NCBI RefSeq assembly: GCF_009914755.1
Contig: NC_060930.1
DNA: 64,000 nt
Strand: one strand, 5' to 3'
DNA from: the human T2T-CHM13v2.0 reference genome, Homo sapiens
Each line of letters opens with the position of its first letter. The stretch's first letter is position 1. A model generated the notes under the pieces. That model ran no database searches, was not told where the DNA came from, and was given only the letters and a program-made list of their open reading frames with translations. The translations under genes and the position numbers were made by a program. Below are positions 26,301 to 39,800 of this stretch, piece after piece.

Positions 26301-29300
26301 GGTAATATCACCCACTTCTCCCTTCCTAGCTATTATGAACCATATCCCAGGGAGGTGTACACGCCCCAGGATATTGAAAATAATATCACCCTCTTCTCCC
26401 CCCTGGGTGTAACAAACCATATCACAGAAGGGTGACCACCACTCGCGACATGGGGAGTAACATCACCCTTGTTTTTCCCGCTAGGAATTACGAACTATAT
26501 CACAGGGGTTTTTATTCCTCCTAGATATAAAAAGTAATATCACCTTCCTCTCCCATCCTGGATATTACAAATCATACCACAAGGGATTGTACAACTCCCG
26601 TGATATTGAAAGCAATATCACCCTCCTCTTGCCCCCTGGATATTATAATCCGTATCACAGGAGGTGTACACCCCCCATGATATAAGGAGTCATATCACAC
26701 TCCTCTCCACCACTAAATGTTAGAAAGAGTATCACAGCTGGGGTGTACACATCCTGCGATATTGGGTGTAATATCCTTTCCCCCCTTGGGTATTAGAAAC
26801 AATAAAACGGGAGAGTGGACATCCCCTGCAATATTGGAAGTAATATCATCGTCTCCCTTCCTGGATATTAGGAACAATATCACAAATAGAGCGTACACCC
26901 TTTGCGATATTGAGAGTAATATCATACTCATTTTTTCTAAATATTAGGAACAATGTCACAGAAGGGGTGCACACCCCCTGCAATGTTGGGAGTGAAATCA
27001 CCCTTTTTTCTCTCTTAAATATTAAAAACAATATCACAAGGGGGTTTTGCACCCTGCGATATTGGGAGTAGTGCGTTGTTCTTCTTCCCTGGATATTAGG
27101 AATAATATCACAGGAGGGGTGCACACTCCCTGCGATATTGGGAATAATGTTATTTTCTCTCTCCATGGATATTTGGAACAATATCACAAGGGTGGTCTAC
27201 ACCCCTGTGATATTGGGTTTAATATCATCCTTTCCTTTTTGGATAGTAAGAAACATATTACAGAGGGGGTGTACATTTCCTGCAATATTGGGAGTAATAT
27301 CATCCTCTCCTCTTTTGTATGTTTTAAACAATAACAAAGGGGGGTGTATACCACTTGCGATATTGGGAGTAATATCATTTTCTCTTCCCTGGACATTAAG
27401 AACAACATCACAGGAAAGTGTACACTCCCTGAAATATTAAGAGTAATATCACACTTTTACTTCTGGATATGATGAACAATATCACAGGGAGGCGTACGGC
27501 CCCTTCGATATTTGGAGTAATATTATCCTATTTTTTCCCTTGATATAACAAACAATATCACAGTGGGGTGTACTCCCTCTGCGATTGCGATATTGCGAGT
27601 AATATCATCTTCTCCCACCCTGGATATTATGAACAATATCACAGAGGGTAGTACAGCCCCAGAGATATTGGGAACGATATCATTCTCTCTCCTCACCCCA
27701 AATATTACAAACAATATCACAGGGGAGTGTATACCCTCTGAGATATTAAGAGTAATATCACCCTCTCCCCTTTGGAATATTACAAAAATATCACATGGAA
27801 ATGTACTCCCCCTTCAATATTGAGTGTAATAGCATCCTTTCCTCTTCTTGATATTACAAACAATATCACAGTGGGGTAAACACATCCTGAGATAGTGGGA
27901 GTAATATTATCCTCTCCCCTCTTGGATATTAGGAACAATATCAAAGGGTAGGTGTACACCCCTTGCGATATTGTGAGTAATATCATCATCTCCCCCTCTT
28001 GAATATTAGGAACAATATTACAAAAATGTGTACACCCTTTGGAATATTGGGAGTAATATCATACTCTTTCCCCCTTAAATATTAAAGACAATATCAGGGA
28101 GGGGTATACACCCTGCGATATTGAAAGTAATATCTTGTTCTTTTTCCCTGGATATTAGGAACAATATCACAAGAGGTGTGTTTGCCTCCTACGATATTGG
28201 GAGTAATATCATTTTCTCTTTCCATGTATATTTCAAACAATATCATAGGGGTTGGTGTACACTCCCTGTGATATTGAGATTAATATTATTCTTTTAGAAC
28301 AATATTCCAGGGGGTGCACACTTCCTGAGATACTGAGAGTAATATCATCTTCTCCTCTTTTAGTTATTTTGAACAATATTAAAGGGGGGTGTACACCCCC
28401 TGCGATATTGAAAGTGATATCATTTTCTCTTTCTTGGTTCTTACACACAACATCAGAAGGGAGTGTACACTCCCTGGGATATTGGGAGTAATATCATCGT
28501 TTTTCCTTCTAGATATTAGGAACAATATCACAGTGCTGTGTACAGCCCCTTCCTTATTTAGAGTAACATTATCCTCTTTTTCCCTGGATATTGCAAACAA
28601 TATCACAGTGGCGTGTACACCCCCTGCGATACTGCGAGAAATATCATCTTCTCCCACCCTTTATATTACAAACAATATCACAGAGGAGGCTACGGCCCCT
28701 GCGATATTGAGAATGATATCATCCTCTACACCCCTAAATATTATGAAAAATATCACAGGGGGGTGTACACACTCTGCGATATTAAGAGTAATATCATTCT
28801 CTCCCCTTCTGGATATTACAAAAAAATCACATGAAGATGTACTCCCCCTTTGATATTGAGAGTAATATCATCCTCTCTACTTCTTGATATTACAAACAAT
28901 ATCACAGGAGGGTGCACACCCACTGCGATTTTGGGAGTCATATCGTCATCTACCCTTGTGGATATTAGGAACAATATCACAGCTAGTGTACACTCTTTGC
29001 GATATTGGGAGTAATATCATCTTGTCCCCTCTTTAGTATTATGAACAATATCACAGGAAGGTGGACACCTCCTGTGATACTTGAAGTAATATCATTCTCT
29101 TCCCCTCTGTATATTATGAACAATATCACAGGGGAATATACACCTTCTGCGATATTAGGAGAAATATCATTCTCTTTTTTTCTGAATATTACAAAAAATA
29201 TCACAGAGGGGTGTACACCCCCTGAGATATTGGGAGTAACATCATCCTCTCCCGTTCTGGATATTACAAACAATATCACAGCAAGGTTAAACTCCTGCGA

Positions 29301-30832
29301 CATTAAGAGTAAAAACATCCTCTCCCCACTCTGAATATTATGAACAATATCACAGGGGGGTGTATGGCCTCTGTGATATTAGGAGTAATATCATCCTCTT
29401 TCCCCCTGGATATTACAAACAACATAACTCGGAGTGTACAACCCTTGCGGTATTTGGAGTAATAATATTCTCTAACACCTAAATATTACGAAAAATATCC
29501 CAAGGTGGTGTACACACTTTGCGATATTGAGAGTAATATCATCTTTTCCCCCAATAGAAATTACAGATAGTATTACACGAGGGGTGTAAACCCCCTATGA
29601 TATTGGCAGTAATATCATCCTCTTATTCTTGAATATTAGGAACAATATTCCCAGGAAGAGTGAACACCTCCTGTGATATTGAAAGAAATATCTTATTTTC
29701 TCTCCCTGAATATGAAAAACAATGTCACAGTGGGTGTACACGCTCTGCGATATTGGGAGTAATAGTCTCTCTCCCCCTTGGTATTAGGAACCATATCACA
29801 GGGGACTGTACTCGCCCTACGATATCCTTTCACCTTTTTGATATTACAACTAATATCACAGAGAGGTGTACTTTTCTTGCAATATGGGGATTAATATCAC
29901 TCTCTCCCCCACGGGATACTATGAATCATATCACAGGTGTATGGAACCTTCTCCGCGATATGGGAGTAATATCACCATCTTTTCCCCAGGATATTACAAA
30001 CCACATCACAGCGGGTGTACTCCCTTTTCAATATGAAGAGTAATGTGACTCTCTCTTATTCAAGGTATTATGAACCATATCACAGAGGGGTGTACGCTCC
30101 CTGAGATATGGGGAATAATATCACTCTCCCCTCCTCTTCTGAATATTACAAACCATGTCACAGAATGGTGTACACCCCTGTTATATGGGGAGTAATATCA
30201 ACATCCTCTCCCCCTCTGGATATTATGAACCATATCACAGGGGGGTGTACGACCCCCGCGATATGAGGAGTAATATTCTCCTCTTCCCCCAGGAATGTTA
30301 TGAAACATATCACAGGGGGTTGTATGCCCCTGCGATTTGGGAAGTAATAACATCTTCTCCTCCTTTTCTGGATATTACCAACCATAACACAGGGGGGCTT
30401 ATGCCCTTCAAGAATGAAAAGTAATGCCATCCTCTTTTTCCCCCTTTGGATATTAGAAACCGTATCACAGGGGTCTTACACCCCCCTGTGATATAGGAAG
30501 TAATATCACCCTACTCTCCCGTCGGATATTAAAAACCATATCACAGGAGGGTGTACGCTTCTGCAATATGGGGAGTATAATCACCGTCCTTTCCTCCTCT
30601 GGATATTATAAACCATATCACAAGGAGTGTGTATCCCCTCCTCGATATGGGGAGTAATATCACCCTCTCCCCCACTGGATATTATGAACTATATCACAGG
30701 AAGGTGGACACCCTCTGCAATATGGAGAATAATAGCACCCTTCTTCCCCCCCTGCATATTATGAACAATATCAAAAGGGGTGTGTACATCACACACCTCA
30801 ACCCCGCTGGATATTAAGAAACATATCACAAG
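23399..30832 (-). repeat. Satellite orientation block 4 (inverted); CCATATCAC variant at ~23.4-26.7 kb and ~29.8-30.8 kb, CAATATCAC variant between
   Basis: Monomers read GATATTACAAACCATATCACAGG...GATATGGGGAGTAATATCACCCTCTC. Confidence 0.9.
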
Positions 30833-33800
30833 AGGTGATATGGTTTGTAGTATCCAGACGGGGAGATGATGATATTACTCTTAATATCGCAAGCGTTGTA
30901 CCACCCACCCCATGATATGGTTCGTAATATCCAGGGGGGAGGCAATGACATTACTCTTGATATCGCAGGGGGTGTACACCCCCCTGTGATATTGTTTGTA
31001 ATATTAAAGATGGGAGAGTATAATATTACTTGCAATATTGCAGGGGGTGTATACCCCCTTGTGATATTGTCTGTAATATCCAGAAGGAAAGAGGATGATA
31101 TTACTCCCAATATCCCAGGGAGTGTACACCTTCATTTGAAGTTGTTTTTAATATGCAGGGTGGGAGAAGATAATATCACTTTCAATATCGCAGGGGCTGT
31201 ACACCCCCTTCTGATATTGTTCATAATATCCATGGAGAAAGAGGACGATATTACTCCCAATATCTTAAACACCCTATGTGTACACCACCCTACTATATCG
31301 CTGGTAATTTCTGGGGGGTGAGGTTGATATTACTCCCAATATCACAGAAGGTACACACCCCGCTGTGATATTGTTCATAATATCCAGGAAAAAAGAAGAT
31401 GATACTACTTCCAATATTGCAGGGCGTGTACACTTCCCTGTGATATTGTTCCTAATATACAAAGAAGGAGACGATATTACTTCCAATATCACAGGCTGTG
31501 TACATCCCCCTGTGATATTGTTCCTAATATCCAGAGGGCGAGAAGATATTACCCCCAATATCACAGGAAGGTATACACAGCCCATGATATGGGGAGTAAT
31601 ATCACCCTTCTCTCCTCTTCTAGATATTACAAACAATTTTTATGGGATATTGTTTCTAATATCCAGGTGTAAAAAAAAATGATATTACTTCCAATATTGC
31701 AGGGGTTGTACACCACTCCAATGACATTATTCCTAATATCCACGGGGGAAGAGGATGATATTATTGCCAATATTGCAGGGGGTGTAAACCCCCCTCTTAT
31801 ATCGTTCTTAATATCTGGGAGGTAGTGGTTGATATTACTCCCAATATCGCAGAAGGGATACAACGCGCCTGTAATATTGTTTCTAATATCCACGGAGAGA
31901 AGGGATATATTTCCCAAAATAGAAAGGAATGTACACCCCTTCTGTTATATTGTTCCTAATATACCGGGCATGAGGAAATGATATTACTCTTAACATCACA
32001 GGGAGTGTACACCCCCACTTTGGTAATGTTCACAGTATCCAGGGGAAGGGAGGATGATATTACTCCCAATATCACAGGGGATGTACATCTTCCCTGTGAT
32101 ATTGTTCCTGATACCCAGGAGGGGAGAGGATGATATTACTGGCAATATCGCAGAAGGTATACAACCCCCCTGTGATATTGTTCCTAATATCCAGATGGAA
32201 AGAGGAAGATATTACTTTCAATATCGCAGGGAGTATACATTCCCCATGTGATGTTGTCTCTAATATCAAAATTTAAGAGGCTGGTATTACTCCCAATACC
32301 ATAGCGAGTGAACAACCCCCATGATATTGTTTCTAATATCCAAAAAGGAAAAGAAGGATATTACTCCAAATGTCTTAGGAAGTGTTTAATTTCCTGTGAC
32401 ATGATTCCTAAAATATTGGAAAAGTGAGAATAATAGTACTCCCAATATCGAAGGGTGTGTACTCCCCCTAATGTCATTTATTTCCTAAAATCTAGGAAGA
32501 GAGAATAATATTGCTTCCAATATTGCAGGAGGTGTACATCCGACTTTTGATATTGTTCCTAATATCAAGGGGGAAAGAGGATGATATTACTTTGAATACC
32601 GCAGAGGATGTACACACCCATTGTGTTTCTAATATCCAGTGAAAGAGGAGATGATATTACTACCAATATCGCAGATGCCATAAATTCCTCTGTGATATTG
32701 TTCCTAATATCCAGGAGGAAAGAGGATGATATTACCACCAATGTTGCTGGGAGTGTACATACTCCCTTGTGATATTGTTTCTACTATCTAGGGAAAGAGA
32801 GGATTATATTATTCTCAATATTGCAGGGGGTTGTAACAGCACCCTGTGATATTTTTCTAACATCCAGGGAGGAAGACAATGATATTACTCCCAATATGGC
32901 TGAGAATGTACACCTGTGATATTGTTCTTAATATCCAGAAGGAAAGAGGATGATATTACTCCCAATATCGCAGGGGGTGTACACGCCCCCTGTGATATTG
33001 TTCCCAATATCCGGGGGATGAGAAGATGATATTACTTCCAATATCTATCCTAGCAGTTGTACAACTTTTCTGTAATATTGCTGTTAACATCAAGGGGGGG
33101 GAGGGTGATATTATTCCCAATATTGCAGGGGGTGCACAACCCCCATGTAATATTGTTTCTAATATTCATGGGGGAATTGGGTGATATTACTTCTAATGTC
33201 ACAGGTGCTGTACGCCCCTCCCCCCCAGATATTGTTTCTAATATTGAGTTATGGAGAAAATGATATTACTCTCAATATCGCAGGAGATGTACATTTTTCC
33301 TGTTATATTGTTTCTAATATCCAGGAAAGGAGAGGATGATATTACTCCCAACATAGAAGGGCATGTACCTCCCCATATGATATTGTTTTTAACATTTATG
33401 TTGGGAGATGATAATATTACTTGCAATATCCCACAAGGCGCACACACACTCTGTGATATTGTTAATATACAGAGAAGGAGAGAATGATATTACTTTTAAT
33501 ATAGCAGGGAATTTAACCTGCCCTGTATAATTTTTTATAATATAAGGGAGGAAGAGAATTATATTTCTTTGAATATCACAGTGGGTGTATAACTTCTTAG
33601 TGATATTATTTTTGATATCTGGGGAGGAGAGGATAATATTACTCTTAATATCACACACTCTCTCTGTGATATTATTCCTAAATTACAGGGAAGAATAAAG
33701 AATGATATTACTCCCAATATCACAGGAGTGTACACCCTCCGTTTAATATTGTTTCTAATATTTAGAAAGAAACGGAATGATATTACTTCCAATATCACAG

Positions 33801-36800
33801 GAAATGTACAACCCCCTTTGATATTTTTCCTTATATCCAGGTGAGGAGAGGATTATATTACTCTCAATATCACAGCAGAAGATGTACACCTCCCGTGTGA
33901 TATTGTTCTTAATAGTTTGGGAGAAAATTATATTACTCCCAATATCGCAGGTGGTGTACACCCTTTCCGGTGATATTGTTCCTAATATCCGTGGGGGAGA
34001 GGAAAATATTACATCCATTATCTCAGGAGGTGTACATCCCCCCTGTGATATTTTTCCTAGTATCCAGAGTGGAAGAGGATGATATTACCTTCAATATTGC
34101 AGCAAGTGTACAACTTTTCTGTGATATTGTTTTTAATATCCACAGGGGGAAAGGATGATATTACTCCCAATATTGCAAAGGGTGTACACCCCCACTATAA
34201 TATTGTTCCTAATATTCAGTGTGGAAGAGGATGATATTACTACCAATATCACAGGGAGCTTACACATGCCCTGTTATATTGTTTTTAATTTCCAGTGAAG
34301 GAGAGAATGATATTACATTTAATTTTTCAAGAGGTGTTACAACCCCCTTTCAATATTGTTCATAATATCCATGGAAGGAGAATATAATATTACTCCCAAA
34401 ATCGCAGGTGTCATACACGGCCTTACTCCGTGATACTGTTTCTAACATCCCGGTTGGGGGGAGAAAATAATATTATTCTCAATATCGCAGGGGATGTACC
34501 CTTTCCCTGTGATTTTTTTTTAATATTCAGGAGAGAAGAGGATGACATTACTCCCAATATCGCAGAACGTGTACACCCCGCTGTGATACTGTTTTTAAAA
34601 ACCAGGTTGAGAAAGGATGAGATTACTTGCAATATCTCACAAAGTGTACACACACTATGTGATACTGTTCCTAATATACAGAGGCAGAGATTATGATTTC
34701 ACTCCCAATATCGCAGGGAGTTTACATGCCCACCCCTGTAATATTGTTTCTAATATGGAGGAAGGAAGAGGATTATATTATTTTCAATATCGCAGGGGGT
34801 GTACACATTCCCAGTTATATTTTTTCTAATATCCAGGTGTGGAGAGGATGATATTACTTTTAATATCTTGGGGGGTGTATCCCGCCTCTGTGATATTGTT
34901 CCTAATATAAAGAGTGGGGAGAGGATAATATTACTCCCGATATGGCAGGCATATACAGCCTTTCTTTGATATTGTTTCTACTATTTAGAGGGAGAGAGGA
35001 TTATATAGCTTTCAACATCCCAGGGGCTTCCTCCTCACATTGATACATTTCCTAATATCCAAGAGAGAAGATAATAATATTACTCTCAATATCGCAGGGG
35101 ATATCCACCTCCCCTTTGATATTATACTTAATATTTAGGTTACGAGAAAATAATATTACTCCCAATATCACAGGGGGTGTAATATCATCCTCTCATCAAG
35201 TAATATTATCCTCTCCCATACTGGATATTAGGAACAATATCACAGAGGTGGGGTGTACTTCCCCTGTGATATTGTTGCTAATATCCAGTTTGGAAAAGGA
35301 TGATATTACTACAAATATCACAGCAGGTGTACAAGTTTCCTGTGATATTGTTTTCAATATCAAGGAGGAGAGATTGATATTAGTCCCAATATCGCAGGAG
35401 GTGTGCATTCCCCTCCCATAACATTGTTTCTAATGCTGTGGTGGAGAGATGATATTACTACCAATATCACAGGTAATTTAAACACCTCCTGTGATATTGT
35501 TCTTAATTGCCAGTAAAGAAGATGATATTACTTTCAATATCATAGAGGGTGTAAACCACCCTGTGATATTGCTTCTAATATCCAGGGGTGGAGAAAATAA
35601 TATTACTCCCAATATTACAGGGGCTGTTACTCCTCCTATATTGTTTCTGTTATCTGGTGTGGGGGGAGCAAAATGATATTAGTATCAATATCGCAGAGGG
35701 TGTACGCTTTCCCTGTGATAGTCTTTCTAATACCCAGGAGAGGAGAGGATGATATTACTCCCAATATCAGAGGGCGTGTACACACACCCCTGTGATATTG
35801 TTTTTAATATCCAGGTTGAAATAAAATATTACTTGTAATATCAAACGAGGTGTACACACCCTCTGTGATATTGTTTCTAATATAGAGGGTGGTAAATGAT
35901 GACGTTACCCCCAATATCACAGGGAATTTACACCACCCCCGGGATACTGTTTCTAATGGGAAACAAGGAAAAGGATTATATTAATTTTAATATAGCAGAA
36001 GGTGTACACCTTCCCAGTGATTTTTAAAAATATTTAGTGGAGGAAGTGTTGATATTACTTCCAATATCCCAGGGGGTGTACACTTCCCCTCTGATATATA
36101 TTTTTTTAATGTCCAAAGGAGTAGAGGATGATATTACTCTCAATATCGCAGATGGTGTACAAGCCCCCTGTGATATTGTTCTTAATATTTAAGTTCAGAT
36201 AAAATGATATTACTTTCAATATTGCAAGGGTTTTACCCACCCTGGTGATATTGTTTCTAATGTCCAGGGGCAGAGAGGATGATGTTACTCCAACTATCAC
36301 AGAAGGTGTACGACCCCCTGTGATATTGTTTCCAATATGCAAGCGGGGAGAAAATGATATTACTGAAGGGGGTGTACATCCCCTTTGTGATATTGTTCCT
36401 AATATCCAGGGGGGAAAGAGGGTGATACTGTTTTTAATATCCCAGGGGATGTACATACCTCCTGCTACATAGCTTCTAATATCCAGGGAGAAAGAAGACA
36501 ATATTACTCCAAATATAGCAGGGGAGTGTAAACTACCCCTGTGATATTGTTCCTAGTATCCAGGGAGAGAGAGGATGATATCATTCCCAATAACGGGTGT
36601 ACCCTTTGATATTGTTCCTAATATTCAGGTGTGGAATAAATAATATCACTCCGAATAACGCAGGGGGTGTACACCCTCTTTGTGATATTGTTCGTAATAT
36701 CCAGGGTGGGGTGGAAAAGAATGGTATTACTTCCAATATCTCAAGGAGTGTACACTCCCACTGTGATATTGTTCCTAATATTCAGAAGGGAAGAGGATGA

Positions 36801-39800
36801 TATTACTCCCAATATCGCAGGGGGTGTACACATTTTCTGAGATATTGTTCCTAATATTCAGAGGGGGAGAGGATGATCTTACTCCCAATATCGCGGGTGA
36901 GCTACACCTTCCCTGTAATATTGTTTTTAATATCCAGTGGAGAAGAGGACGATATTAATCCCAATAATGCAGGGGGGTTACACACCCACTGTGATATTGT
37001 TTTTAAAATCCAGTTAATAAGCGAATGATATTACTTTCAATATCGCAGCGGGTGTACACCCCTCTATGATATTGTTCCTAACATCTAGTGGCAGAGAGGA
37101 TAATATGACTACCAATATTGGAGGAGCTGTGCAGCGCCCCCCTGCCCGTCATATTGATTCTAATATCCAAGGAGGGAGACAATAATATTACTCTCAATAT
37201 CACAGAAAGTGTACATTCTTCTTGTGGTATTTTCCCAAATATCATTAAAAGCAGAAAATAATATTATTCCCAATATCGCAGGGTGCGTACACTCCCCTAT
37301 GATATTGTATTTAATATCCAGTTTGGGAGATGACGATATTGCTTGCAATATCGCAACGGGTGTACACCCTGTGATATTGTTCTTAATACAGAGAAGAGAA
37401 GAGGACGATATTACTTTCAATATCACAGGGTGTTCACACCCCCCGTGATATTGTTCCTAATACAAAGGGAGAAAAAATGATATTACTTTCAATGTCGCAG
37501 GGGGTGTACACCACTTCTGTGATGATATTCCTAATATCCAAGGAGAAAGAGGAAGATTTTACTACCTAGATCGTAGAGGGTGTACAGTTCTTCAGTAATA
37601 TTGTTCCTAATATCCAAAGGTTAAGAAGCTGCTATTGCTCCCAATATCACAGAAGTGAACACCCCCACCCTGTGATATTGTTGGTAATATCCAGGAAGGG
37701 AAAGGATGATATTAATCCAATATCACAGAGGGTGTGAACGTCCCCTTTGATATTGTTCTTAATTAAAACGAAAAGAGCGGGTGATTTTACTCCCAATATC
37801 ATAGGTAGTGTACATCCTTCCTGGGATATAGGTCCTAGTATCTAGAAGAAGAGATGATGATATTACTCTCAATACTGCAGGGGGTGTACGCCCACTTTGT
37901 GATATTGTTCCTAATATCAAGGGGGCAATAGGATAATATTACTCGCAATATCGCAGGGGATGTACACGCCTCCTGTTATATTGTTCCTAATACACAGGGA
38001 AGATAAGGATGATATTACTGTCAATATCACAGAGAGTTTACATGCCCCCTGTGATATTGTTCCTAATATCAAAATGGGGAGAGGACGATATTACTGCCAA
38101 TATCTCAGGGTGTGTAAACACCCCTTGTGAGATTGTTTCTAATATCTACTGGAAGATAGGATGATATAACCCCCAATATTGCAGGAGGTGTAAACCCTCC
38201 TTTGATATACTTCTTAATATCCAGGCGGTAAGAGGAGGATATTACTCACAATACTGCAGGGGGTGTACACCCCCCTTTGTGATATTGTTTTTAATATCCA
38301 GAAGGAGAGAGTATAATATTACTACTCTCAATATCGCAGGGGATGTACACTCACTCTGTGAAATTATTCCTAATATTAATGGGAGACGAGGATGATATTA
38401 TTCCCAATATCGCAGGAAGTGTAGACCCCTCCCATGATATTATTCCTAATATTTAGGAGGGAAGAGGATGATATTACTTTCAATGTCGCATTGGGTGTAC
38501 AATCCCACTGTAATATTATTTCAAATTTCGCGGCGAGAGAGAATGATATTACTTCCAATATCGCAGCATGTGTACAACTTTCCTATGATATTGTTTTTAA
38601 TATCCAGGAGGAAAGAGGATGATATGACTCCCCATATCGCAGGAGGTATACAACCCCCTCTGTAATTTGGTTCCTAATATCCAGATGGGGAGAGGTTTAT
38701 ACTTCTCCCAATATCACAGAAGGTTTACAAACCTTGTTTAATATTTTTCCTAATTTCCAGTGAAAAAGAGGATGATATTACTTTTAATATCACAGTGAAT
38801 GTACACTCCTCTGTGATATTGTTTCTAATACAGGAGAAGAGAAGACTATATTACTCTCAATATCGCACGGCGGGTACACTCCCCTGTAATTTTGTTTTTA
38901 ATATCCAGGTTGAGAGAGGATATTACCTGCAATATAGCACGGTGTGTACACCCCCCCCCGTGATATTAATCTCAATAGACAGGAGGTGAGGATGATATTA
39001 TTCTCAATATCACAGAGAGTTGCACACACCCCTGTGATATTGTTTTTAATATAAAGAGAGGAAGAGAATAATATTACTTTCAATATCACAGAAGGTGTAC
39101 ATTCCCCTGTGATATTTTTCCTAATATCCAGGTAAGGAGAGGATGATACTACTCCAAATATCTCAGCGGGTGTACACTTCCTCAGTGATATTGTTCCTAA
39201 TACAGGGGAGGGAGAATAAAATAATATGACTCCCAATATCACATGGGGTGTACACCCTCCCTGTGATATTGTTACTAATATTAAAGAGGGGAGAGGATGA
39301 TATTACTCCCAATATCCCAGAGATCATACACACCTTCTTTGAAATTTTTTCATATCCAGGGGAAGAGAGGATGATATTACTCTCAGTAACGCAGGGAGTG
39401 TACAAACGCCCTGTGATATTGTTCCTAATAATTTTGGGGGGGAGAAAATGATATTACTTCCAATATCGCAGGGGGTGTACAACCTTCCCGGTTATATTGT
39501 TCCCAATATCCATGGGTGGAGAGGATGTTATTACTCTCACTATTGTAGAGGGTGTACACCCCCCCATGATACTGTTTCTAATATCCAGGCGGGAAAAAAA
39601 ATACTACTCCCAATATTGCAGGGGGTGTACATCCCCCTGTGATATTGTTCCTAATTTCCAAAGGGAAAATGGATGATATTACTTTCAATATCACAGGACT
39701 TTTACACGTCCCTGTGATATAGCTCCTAATATCCAGGTGGAGAAAGAATGATGTTACTCTCAATACAGCAGAGTATGTTTAACTCCGCTGTGATATTGTT

